NCBI GenBank assembly: GCA_965218435.1
Contig: CBDCKW010000009.1
Span: forward strand, 2,688,001-2,752,000
Direction of reading: 5' to 3'
Origin: Truepera sp.
Lineage (GTDB): Bacteria > Deinococcota > Deinococci > Deinococcales > Trueperaceae
Length of the DNA stretch: 64,000 nucleotides
The notes under the pieces are model-generated. The model was not told where the DNA came from and ran no database searches. It saw only the letters and a list, made by a program, of their open reading frames with translations. This document shows positions 20,626 to 28,963 of the stretch, piece after piece; position 1 is the first letter of the stretch, and each line of letters opens with the position of its first letter. The position numbers were made by a program, and so were the translations under genes.

Positions 20626-21555
20626 ATGACAGCGACCGGGTTCAAGCAATTTACCAGCCTCATTCAGATGATGGAAGCGTTTCCTACCGAACAGGCGTGT
20701 ATTGACCACCTACGCGCTATCCGCTGGAAAGACGGCGCGTACTGTCCGCACTGCGGCTGTCAAAAGGTCTATGAGTTTGCCGACGGCAAAACCTTTAAGT
20801 GTGGCGATTGTCGTAAGCGGTTTTCTATCCGGGTCGGCTCTATTTTTGAGGACTCTAAAATAAGCTTGCGTAAGTGGTTTGTGGCGCTCTACCTCATTAC
20901 GGCACACTCCAAAGGTATCTCGAGCGTTCAGCTCGCTAAAGACATCGGCGTGACGCAAAAGACCGCCTGGTTTATGTTGCACCGCCTCCGCTACGCTTTC
21001 CAGACCCCGGCGTTTCAAGAACCGCTTAAAAACACGGTAGAGGTTGACGAAACCTATATCGGCGGCAAAGAAAAGAACAAACACGCCGATAAACGCACCC
21101 CCGGCACGCAGGGCCGCAACACGAAAACCAAAACGCCTGTTTTGGGGATGGTTGAGCGTAGCGGTATCGTCAAGCTCTTAAAAATGAACGGCGTCACGAA
21201 AGAGGACATTCAAAAAGCAGTGCTTGATAACGTCGCCATCGGTTCTAAGGTGATGACAGACGAATACGCCGCTTATAACGCGCTTAACTCGTTTTATTCG
21301 CATGACAGTATCAGCCACAGCATGGGTCAGTATGTGTCAGGCGACGTACACACGAACACCTTAGAGGGCTTTTTCTCACTTCTCAAACGAGGCATCATCG
21401 GCATCTATCACTTTGTCAGCGCCAAACACCTCGAGCGTTACCTACACGAGTTCGCGTTTCGTTATAACCTGAGAGCACAAAAGAACGGAGTTGGTTTTAA
21501 CGTGATGTTAGGCAACTGTAAAGGCCGTTTGACCTACAAGGGGCTTATCTCATGA
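20626..21555 (+). CDS. IS1595 family transposase
   Basis: Zn ribbon CPHC..CGDC, HTH, VEVDETYIGG, MTDEY, HTNTLEGFFSLLKR and YLHEFAFRYN. Confidence 0.95.
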   Translation: MTATGFKQFTSLIQMMEAFPTEQACIDHLRAIRWKDGAYCPHCGCQKVYEFADGKTFKCGDCRKRFSIRVGSIFEDSKISLRKWFVALYLITAHSKGISSVQLAKDIGVTQKTAWFMLHRLRYAFQTPAFQEPLKNTVEVDETYIGGKEKNKHADKRTPGTQGRNTKTKTPVLGMVERSGIVKLLKMNGVTKEDIQKAVLDNVAIGSKVMTDEYAAYNALNSFYSHDSISHSMGQYVSGDVHTNTLEGFFSLLKRGIIGIYHFVSAKHLERYLHEFAFRYNLRAQKNGVGFNVMLGNCKGRLTYKGLIS

Positions 21556-22493
21556 CCAAGACTAAAGACGAGCAACTAACACTAGATATGGATTTTAGCG
21601 AGGCACTCGAGCGTCTTGCTAAAGTCAATACCAAAGACATAGACGCGGCGATAGCAGCCGACGAACCCGACACGCCGCCCGGTGTCGCTACCCCATTCGT
21701 TAAATGGGTCGGCGGCAAACGTAGCCTGATGGACACCTTGCTCTTAAAAATGCCTGAGACGTTCGGAGACTTTTACGAACCGTTTGTCGGCGGCGGGGCG
21801 CTGTTCTTTGAACTGGCAAGACGTAAACGTCTCACTAAAGCTCACCTGAGCGATACCAATATTGACCTTGTGTTTGCCTACACCGTCATCAAAAAAGACC
21901 CGACGGCGCTTATAGAGGCGCTTAAAGCGCACGCGGTTAAGCATAGTGATGACTACTACTATAAGGTGCGGGCTAAAAAAGACCTGCAAACCCCGGTAGA
22001 CATCGCCGCTCGCTTTATCTACCTCAATAAAACGGGTTACAACGGCCTGTACCGCGTCAATAGCAAAGGTGAGTTTAACGTCCCGGTGGGACGCTACAAA
22101 AACCCCGGCATCGTACAAGAGACTAATATATGGGCGTGCCATGAGGCGCTTAAAGTGGCTGATATTCAGTATCACGAGTTTGATACCATCACTCCGCACA
22201 CTGGCGACTTTGTATATTTTGACCCGCCGTACCATCCCAAAGACGAAACCTCGTTTACCAAGTATTCTAAGCTGGACTTTACCGAACAAGACCAAGTGCG
22301 GCTTAGGGATTTTGTCGTCAAGCTTCACAAAAAAGGCGTCAAGGTCATGCTGTCTAACTCTGACGCGCTCTTTATCAAAGACCTGTACAAAAGCAACATG
22401 TTCAAAATTGCCACCGTACAAGCGCCGCGTTTTGTAAACTGCAAACCTAATAAACGAAACGCCGTTGACGAGGTTTTAATCACTAACTACTGA
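21552..22493 (+). CDS. Dam-family N6-adenine DNA methyltransferase with a ~45-aa N-terminal extension
   Basis: KWVGGK, EPFVGGGA, YLNKTGYNGLYRVNSKGEFNVPVGRY and DPPY; ATGA-coupled to the transposase. Confidence 0.93.
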   Translation: MTKTKDEQLTLDMDFSEALERLAKVNTKDIDAAIAADEPDTPPGVATPFVKWVGGKRSLMDTLLLKMPETFGDFYEPFVGGGALFFELARRKRLTKAHLSDTNIDLVFAYTVIKKDPTALIEALKAHAVKHSDDYYYKVRAKKDLQTPVDIAARFIYLNKTGYNGLYRVNSKGEFNVPVGRYKNPGIVQETNIWACHEALKVADIQYHEFDTITPHTGDFVYFDPPYHPKDETSFTKYSKLDFTEQDQVRLRDFVVKLHKKGVKVMLSNSDALFIKDLYKSNMFKIATVQAPRFVNCKPNKRNAVDEVLITNY

Positions 22494-22963
22494 TGACGAA
22501 AAGGGCCGCAGACCAACAGGGTGCAAACTATACCGGGAAAGTACTCGAGACGTTTGTGTGGAATCGTCTTGTCGAGCGTAACTACCAGTTTGTAGATAAG
22601 ACAAAGTTCAAAGCGGCGATGTACCTCGAGCAACCTATCTTTTCGGCTCAGGTTGACATCGGCACAAGCATTTACGGTACGAAACGCAAGTGCGACTTTG
22701 CTATCTACCATCCTGAGAAATGGCCCGAAGGGTTGGTTATCGAGTGTAAATGGCAGGAACGAAGCGGTTCAACTGACGAAAAGTACCCTTTTGCAGTGTT
22801 AAATATCAAAATGCAGTCGCCTTACAAAACTATCTTGCTCTTAGATGGCGGTGGCTACAAAAAAAGCGCCGAACAGTGGGTACGCAATCAAGTTGACGGC
22901 AAACTTTTGCACGTCTTTAATATGAGCCAATTCCAGACTTGGGTCAACAAAGGGAACTTGTGA
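22493..22963 (+). CDS. Small PD-(D/E)XK nuclease, putative restriction endonuclease
   Basis: GKVLE helix, RKCDF, VIECKWQ..SGSTDEK; TGATG-coupled to the methyltransferase. Confidence 0.75.
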   Translation: MTKRAADQQGANYTGKVLETFVWNRLVERNYQFVDKTKFKAAMYLEQPIFSAQVDIGTSIYGTKRKCDFAIYHPEKWPEGLVIECKWQERSGSTDEKYPFAVLNIKMQSPYKTILLLDGGGYKKSAEQWVRNQVDGKLLHVFNMSQFQTWVNKGNL

Positions 22964-23016
22964 GCCGTCAGAAACAATCTACCCCTCGTGATTACCTACC
23001 AGCCGCCGAAGGAACT

Positions 23017-23292
23017 ATGACGATGGCACAAAGGCATAAAGGAATAGAGGTATACCAGACTGCTATCCCTAAAGTGCCGATAGAACAAATTAAACGCCCT
23101 GAAAGCTATCCGAATGAGCTAGACGAGCGTGAAGCTTTCCGCATTCTCAGGTATTTTGACCGTGACCGCTGGGAGCCCGTTTATATTGACGCGAATTACA
23201 ACCTGTTAGACGGTCAGCATAAACTCTGGGTAGCTCACCAAAAAGGCTACCGCTTCATAGACGCTATCATGATACGCGACCCGTTGAATTGA
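23017..23292 (+). CDS. Small ParB/Srx-like (DGQH motif) protein; alternative GTG start at 22960
   Basis: KVPIEQIK...EPVYID..YNLLDGQHKL.VA; GAAGGA RBS before ATG 23017. Confidence 0.55.
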   Translation: MTMAQRHKGIEVYQTAIPKVPIEQIKRPESYPNELDEREAFRILRYFDRDRWEPVYIDANYNLLDGQHKLWVAHQKGYRFIDAIMIRDPLN

Positions 23293-23474
23293 AAGAAAAA
23301 CAGCAGGTCTATTTTCTTTACAAAAGCTGGGTCACATATGTATATAGTTACCTTTTATTTTACGTTTTCAAGTAGAGACTTTTAAGCAGACATTTTGGCT
23401 CTGTGCAAAAGACTGTGCGGTACAAGCTAGGGTAAACTCGAGCGTTTGTAAAGGCCATTCAGAAGAGGTGAAAG

Positions 23475-24248
23475 GTGAAACATATCCGCTACCGCAACGA
23501 AAACGGCGTAAGCTGGGGAGAGCTCGAGGGGGGCACTGTCTACCCTTTGACAAACTTGCTGGGTAGACGTAGCGGCCCCACCGTCATGCTCTCCGACGTA
23601 ACGCTCCTCGCGCCGTGCGAACCCAAGAACATCGTTTGTGTCGGCAAAAACTACGCCAAACATGTGGTTGAAATGGGCGGCAGCGCCGAAGACCTACCGA
23701 AAGAACCGGGCTTATTTATCAAATCGCTGGGTACGCTCGCCAATCCTGGTGACCCGATTCCGTATCCGAGTTGGACGCAAAACCTGCACTTTGAAGGCGA
23801 GTTGGCCGTGGTCATCAGCCGAGAGATGCGAGACGTATCAGAGGAGGACGCCCTTCAGTACGTGCTCGGTTACACCTGCGCGGTAGACGTAACCGCCCGT
23901 GACAAACAGCGGAGCGATCTGCAGTGGGCGCGGGGCAAATCCGCCGACGGCTTCTGTCCGGTGGGGCCGTGGCTCGAGACCGACCTCGACACAGGTTCTC
24001 TAAGTGTTCAGACCCGGCTGGGCGGTGAGTTAAAGCAAGACGGCAACACGGCAGACCTGATCTTCTCCGTACCTAAAATCTTGTCTTATATTTCGTCTTT
24101 TTTAACGCTGGAACCGGGTGATTTAGTCTTAACCGGAACGCCGGACGGCGTAGGGCCGATGGCTGTAGGCGATAAACTCGAGGTCACCGTCGAGGGTATC
24201 GGGACGTTGGAGTGTTTTGTCGAGGCGTCCGAACGACTCGTTCCGTGA
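23475..24248 (+). CDS. Fumarylacetoacetate hydrolase family protein
   Basis: CVGKNYAKH, HFEGELAVVI, DVTARD and GDLVLTGTP. Confidence 0.92.
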   Translation: MKHIRYRNENGVSWGELEGGTVYPLTNLLGRRSGPTVMLSDVTLLAPCEPKNIVCVGKNYAKHVVEMGGSAEDLPKEPGLFIKSLGTLANPGDPIPYPSWTQNLHFEGELAVVISREMRDVSEEDALQYVLGYTCAVDVTARDKQRSDLQWARGKSADGFCPVGPWLETDLDTGSLSVQTRLGGELKQDGNTADLIFSVPKILSYISSFLTLEPGDLVLTGTPDGVGPMAVGDKLEVTVEGIGTLECFVEASERLVP

Positions 24249-25204
24249 GTGAACCGGCGATTCCACCCGTACAGGATTTGGGTGGGCTATTCCTGATAGA
24301 CACGCAGCATATGGGGTACGCCGGAACCGTCGGCGTGTATCTCTTGCCGGGGGCTGCCGGAACCTTCGCGCTGCTCGAGTCCGGGCCGGGGTCAACGCTC
24401 GAGACGGTATTGGCGGGTGTTCAGGAAGCCGGGTTTGACCCTGAAAAACTGACCAGTGTGTTGGTCACCCATATTCACTTAGACCACGCCGGGGCTGCCG
24501 GGACATTGGCACGGCGTTACGGTGCCGAGGTTTACGTCCACGAAAACGGGGCGGGTCACCTTATCGAACCGGCCCGGTTGCTCAGCAGCGCAGCGCGGAT
24601 TTATGGCGAGCAGATGAGTGAGCTTTGGGGCGAGATGGAACCGCTCCCACAAGCGTTGGTGCGGCCCGTCAGAGACGGCGATACCGTAGAGATTTTAGGC
24701 CACCGTATCGGTGTGCTCTACACCCCCGGTCACGCCTCGCATCACGTTTCTTACCTACTCAACAAAACACGGATGTTTACGGGAGACGCCGCCGGGATTC
24801 GGCTACTGGGGGCAACAACCGTGCGGCCCGCGCTGCCACCGCCTGAAGTTGATTTGGAGACCTGGCACCGCTCGGTTCAGGCAATGCTGCAGGTTGAACC
24901 TGAAGAGCTTTTACTTACGCACTTCGGCCCGGTAGGGGACGTAGCGGGGCATTTTCGGGAGTTGGAGCGTCAGCACCGCGTCTGGAGTGAAAGTGTTTTA
25001 GATGGGATGAACGCCGGTGAAGACAACGAAGCGTTAGCGGCGCGGATTGCCGAACTTAGTCAGGACGCGTTGGGGGCCGAGGGTGCGTCAGCCGGAACGA
25101 TAGAACGGCACAGCGTCACGAGTAGCGACGCGATGACAGTGATGGGCTTAAAACGCTATTGGCAGAAGGTTCACCCAGAACGGCTCGAGTCGTCATCAGA
25201 TTAG
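24245..25204 (+). CDS. MBL-fold metallo-hydrolase
   Basis: THIHLDHAGAAG, TPGHASHH, FTGDAAG and LTHFG; GTG overlaps the FAH stop. Confidence 0.88.
   Translation: MSEPAIPPVQDLGGLFLIDTQHMGYAGTVGVYLLPGAAGTFALLESGPGSTLETVLAGVQEAGFDPEKLTSVLVTHIHLDHAGAAGTLARRYGAEVYVHENGAGHLIEPARLLSSAARIYGEQMSELWGEMEPLPQALVRPVRDGDTVEILGHRIGVLYTPGHASHHVSYLLNKTRMFTGDAAGIRLLGATTVRPALPPPEVDLETWHRSVQAMLQVEPEELLLTHFGPVGDVAGHFRELERQHRVWSESVLDGMNAGEDNEALAARIAELSQDALGAEGASAGTIERHSVTSSDAMTVMGLKRYWQKVHPERLESSSD
25168..25189 (+). repeat. Degenerate 22-bp direct repeat, copy 1 (MBL 3' end)
   Basis: GGTTCACCCAGAACGGCTCGAG matches 25610-25631 at 18/22. Confidence 0.65.
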
Positions 25205-25367
25205 GAGCGAAACTCAGATTATCGCTGAGCATCAACAAAAGATCACAGATGAGCTAACTAAACCTTATCCGAGCCGTCAAGACATCGCCAAATGGCAAGG
25301 CGACATCGCCCGTCACGAACGTATTAAAGCCAACCTGGAGGCAAAACTGCCGGGAAGGAAAAAATGA
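25190..25367 (+). pseudogene. 5'-truncated small ORF with no in-frame start, coupled to the downstream ORF
   Basis: Open frame ..QIIAEHQQKITDELTKPYPSRQDIAKWQGDIARHERIKANLEAKLPGRKK*; stop overlaps ATG 25364. Confidence 0.45.
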
Positions 25368-25606
25368 GTCAAGTTGTTGAATCCGAACAGTTAGAGATGC
25401 TGCTCAGACGTCTCTCCGGCAGTAGTCAGGATTATCTTAAGTTGGCCCGAAAGCTCGAGGCACTTCCCCCGGAGAGTGACGAGGTGGACGAACTGCTCGG
25501 GAGAATGTATGCCTACGTCCAGCAGGTTCACATGGACACCGAAGATGTCATTGAGGCGATGGACACTTACGCCGACACCCTTCCCGATGACAATGACGAG
25601 ACTTAA
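25364..25606 (+). CDS. Small acidic helical hypothetical protein
   Basis: 80-aa ORF with a GAAGGA RBS. Confidence 0.6.
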   Translation: MSQVVESEQLEMLLRRLSGSSQDYLKLARKLEALPPESDEVDELLGRMYAYVQQVHMDTEDVIEAMDTYADTLPDDNDET

Positions 25607-25609
25607 CCG

Positions 25610-25631
25610 GGTTTACCTGGAGCGGCTCGAG
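25610..25631 (+). repeat. Degenerate 22-bp direct repeat, copy 2
   Basis: GGTTTACCTGGAGCGGCTCGAG then CCG TAA; reads VYLERLEP* versus MBL VHPERLE. Confidence 0.65.
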
Positions 25632-25762
25632 CCGTAACGCTTACATTTCAGCGGTGGCCGCCACGAGTATCACCATACATCTCTTCTCCGTCCCTAGCGG
25701 TTGAGCAAATTGTTTTCCTGCGATGGAGCAGCGGATAAAAACAGTTCACCGAGAGGGCACGT

Positions 25763-26371
25763 TTAGAGACTACTTTCAGGCACCCTGACATCTCGAGTCC
25801 TTTCAAACACCAAGTTGAATATAGAGAAAACGACGGGAAACCCGATAAAAAACACGAGCGAAACACGCGGGAAAAAGAACGAAAGGACGATGATGCCGCA
25901 GACGACGACGAACAGGAGCAACCACCGTCGTAATAAGGAACTACCACCAAACGCTCTAAATTCTTCTCGTCGTTTTTTATAAACAGGGGTACTGCTTCCT
26001 ATCCAGAACATGCTTGCTGTTGCAAGGAGAAAAACGATGTCGTAACCGATAGCAGGAACGACCTCACTAGAGTGAAGCATGACCCATTTTGTAAAAATAG
26101 GGATAAGGGCGAGGAAAAACAAAAAGAGCAGATTTCTCCAGATTAGCGTACTTGAAACTTCTGAAATTTGTTCCATCATGAAGTGGTGGCTGCTCCAGAA
26201 GTAGCCGACGATACAAAAACTTACAAAAAATATCAAGATAGACTTTAGCAAGCCTATAATCTCAGGTAAGCTGAAGGTGTCGGGTAAAGGAATGTTCAAA
26301 ACCATAATGGTGATGACGATGGCAATCACGCCGTCGCTAAATGTTTCCAACCTGCTTTTTGAAAAAATCAT
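25763..26371 (-). CDS. TMEM175/DUF1211 family membrane protein
   Basis: SRLETFSDGVIAIVITIMVL and FW.SHH motifs; AT-rich relative to neighbours. Confidence 0.85.
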   Translation of the reverse strand: MIFSKSRLETFSDGVIAIVITIMVLNIPLPDTFSLPEIIGLLKSILIFFVSFCIVGYFWSSHHFMMEQISEVSSTLIWRNLLFLFFLALIPIFTKWVMLHSSEVVPAIGYDIVFLLATASMFWIGSSTPVYKKRREEFRAFGGSSLLRRWLLLFVVVCGIIVLSFFFPRVSLVFFIGFPVVFSIFNLVFERTRDVRVPESSL

Positions 26372-26445
26372 TTAGTAGCTCTCCTCGAATCAAAACTCTC
26401 GAGGTTTTTATATTCAAGAATATAGCCGTCAACCGTGAAGAAAGC

Positions 26446-28902
26446 TTAGCGCAGCTCGAGCACGTGCTCCTCCCCGTCGTCTTGATAGCTCACCCGAACA
26501 GCATTATTCTCAACGTTTACGGCGACGGTTTGACCGTCTAAAGTTGCTTTTTCAGGTTTTTGCGGCAGGTAAACCTCGAGCACGACCTCACGCGCTGCCG
26601 GAGTAAAAGAACCGTCTCGAGCCGATACTGTAACCCGTACCCCGCTGCCGGTTGGCGTCACGCTGACCGTTGTTCTAGCGACGTCACCTTGCTCGAAGCC
26701 GAAACCGTCGCCCGCATCTTCAATAAGCGTAAAACTGCTCTCCCCTGCCGGGTAGACGCGGATGGTGAGTTCGGTAAGGGGTTCGGCTGTAGATTGGCGG
26801 ACGTTGCTAAGCGGTAAAACTGCACCACCATGGACGAAAACCGGAATTTTCTCGAGCGGTGCTTCTGCGATGGTGTAACCCGCCGCAACCGGCTCCCCCG
26901 TCCAAAAGTTGAACCAGGTCTCCCCTTGCGGCAGATAAACCGCCCGCTGCCGCATCCCTGGACGCGTCACTGGAGCAATGAGCAGGTTGGAGCCGATCAG
27001 AGCTTGGTCACCGATATGACGAGCAGTTTCGTCGTCGGGAAAGTCGAAGACTAATGGGCGAAAAAGCGGTGTGCCTTGTTCGTGCGCCTCAAACGCCAGC
27101 GTGTACAGGTACGGCAGTAACCGATACCGCCAATTGATGGCTTCACGTGCAATCCCCTCGACCTCTTCGCCGAATGACCACGGCTCTTGGGCTCGAGTTC
27201 CGGCGCAGGTGTGCGTCCGCATAAACGGGTAAAAGGTGCCGAGCTGTATCCAGCGGGCGTAGAGTTCAGGGCTCGAGTTTTCAAAAAAGCCGCCGATGTC
27301 CACCCCGCTCCACGCCACACCGACCATACTCATCGAGGCGAGCTGCGCGACGCTCATCTCGAGGTGCTCCCACCACGACGAGTTGTCGCCCATCCACGAG
27401 GCCGCGTACCGCTGCGTGCCGACAAACGCGCTCCGCGTCAGCACCCAGGGGCGAGCGTCGGGGCGGTTTTGTTGCAGTCCCTCATAAGTTGCGCGCGACA
27501 TCAGGTGCCCGTACAGGTTATGCACCTCCGCGTGAACGGTCGGCTCGTCACCACCCTGCGGGTTCCCGAGCGGCATCGGGGCTTGCAGCGAGATACCCTC
27601 GCTAAAGGGCCGGTCGAAGATCGAGGGCTCGTTCATGTCCACCCAGACCCCGGCGACGCCGTTCTCCGTGTGGCTCTTTTGCAACTGCCCACCCCACCAC
27701 GCCCGCACCGCTTTACGGGTGTAGTCGGGAAAAAGCGCCTCGTCGGGCCAGCAGTAGCCCGTAAACCGTGAGCCGTCCGGGTTTTTGATAAAGACGTCCT
27801 CAGCTACGCCGTCGTCGGCAGCCGCGTAACCATTGTCTAGATCGTTTTTGACGCCGGGGTCGAGGATGGTTACGGCGCGGACGCCGTCTTCTTTGAGGTC
27901 AGCTAGTAACCCTTTAGGATTCGGAAACCGCTCTTCGTCCCAGGTAAAGTCGCGGTAGCCGCGCATGTAATCAATGTCGAAGTGCAGTACGTCGAGCGGG
28001 ATGCTGCGGGCGCGAAACTCCCTAACCAGCCCGCACATCTGCGCTTCGGTTTTGTACCCCCAGCGCGACTGGTGGTAGCCGAGTGCCCATAAGGGCGGCA
28101 GCAGCGGGCGTCCGGTCAGGCGGGTGAGCCCTTCGGTCACAGCTGCCGGGGTCGGGCCGGTCAACACGTAGTAGTCCGCTTCGCCGCCGTGCGCCGTGAC
28201 GCGCAGCGTATCCGGGTCGGAGTAACCCACATCGAACTGGCTGTAGTAGCTGACATCTAAAAACATCCCCCAGGTCAGGCCGGTGCGCACGGCCATAAAC
28301 GCCGGATGCGCCTGGTAGAGGTTGCTCTGATGCCGCCCGTGACCCCAATCGGGGTCGAAGGCCCAGTTGGTATAGAGGCGGCCACGCCGCTCGAGCATCC
28401 CCGTCCGCTCCCCAAAGCCGTAATAGGCTTCGTCCTCACGCAGACGCTTAAAGAGCTGCACCTCTTCACTCGCCGGACCTTGGGGCAGCGTGTCTCCCTC
28501 CCGTACGCGCATCGTCGAGGCGTCGATACGCGCCGCCGCCCACCCTACCGGGGCCATGTCCTCGGCGAAGGTGTGACCGTTCCTTTCAAAGTAGAGTGTT
28601 CCGTCTCGGTTGAGGTGGACGGTGACAAACGGCAACGTTAGGATGAACGTGTCGCCTTCTTCAACCTCAAAGTCGGGCGCGTCAAAGGCGTCGTCCGGTT
28701 GGGTGACGGCCCACGAGCGGCGCGGGGCGAAGGCTTCGTGCTGCGTAAAACGCACACGCACCACGCCGTCAAAGGCGCTAAAAAGTTCTAGCGTGCCCCT
28801 TTCAAAGGTGGCGCGAAACGTCCGGCCGTCGGCGTGCCAACTTTGCAACGTTCCGGCGCGGGTCAAGGTATCGGTGTGAATGTCGTATAGGGGCGTGTCC
28901 AT
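26446..28902 (-). CDS. Glycoside hydrolase family 31 (alpha-glucosidase-like)
   Basis: LGYHQSRWGY, WVDMNEP, WMGDN, DIGGF and FMRTH. Confidence 0.93.
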   Translation of the reverse strand: MDTPLYDIHTDTLTRAGTLQSWHADGRTFRATFERGTLELFSAFDGVVRVRFTQHEAFAPRRSWAVTQPDDAFDAPDFEVEEGDTFILTLPFVTVHLNRDGTLYFERNGHTFAEDMAPVGWAAARIDASTMRVREGDTLPQGPASEEVQLFKRLREDEAYYGFGERTGMLERRGRLYTNWAFDPDWGHGRHQSNLYQAHPAFMAVRTGLTWGMFLDVSYYSQFDVGYSDPDTLRVTAHGGEADYYVLTGPTPAAVTEGLTRLTGRPLLPPLWALGYHQSRWGYKTEAQMCGLVREFRARSIPLDVLHFDIDYMRGYRDFTWDEERFPNPKGLLADLKEDGVRAVTILDPGVKNDLDNGYAAADDGVAEDVFIKNPDGSRFTGYCWPDEALFPDYTRKAVRAWWGGQLQKSHTENGVAGVWVDMNEPSIFDRPFSEGISLQAPMPLGNPQGGDEPTVHAEVHNLYGHLMSRATYEGLQQNRPDARPWVLTRSAFVGTQRYAASWMGDNSSWWEHLEMSVAQLASMSMVGVAWSGVDIGGFFENSSPELYARWIQLGTFYPFMRTHTCAGTRAQEPWSFGEEVEGIAREAINWRYRLLPYLYTLAFEAHEQGTPLFRPLVFDFPDDETARHIGDQALIGSNLLIAPVTRPGMRQRAVYLPQGETWFNFWTGEPVAAGYTIAEAPLEKIPVFVHGGAVLPLSNVRQSTAEPLTELTIRVYPAGESSFTLIEDAGDGFGFEQGDVARTTVSVTPTGSGVRVTVSARDGSFTPAAREVVLEVYLPQKPEKATLDGQTVAVNVENNAVRVSYQDDGEEHVLELR

Positions 28903-28963
28903 CAGCTCACGCTAGCACAGCTTATCGGGCTTCAAAAGGTGCGTCATGCTAATGTTTAGAGTT

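Larger units (their letters stand above)
20578..23352 (+). mobile_element. IS1595-family element with three passenger genes (2775 bp)
   Basis: 31-bp TIRs (20578-20608 and 23322-23352, 28/31 identical); 8-bp TSD TTTTATTT at 20570-20577 and 23353-23360. Confidence 0.93.

Noticed and set aside
25648..25760. DGEE similarity to the GH31 C-terminus downstream of the TMEM175 gene
   Set aside because: Four-residue match only; insufficient to call a scar.
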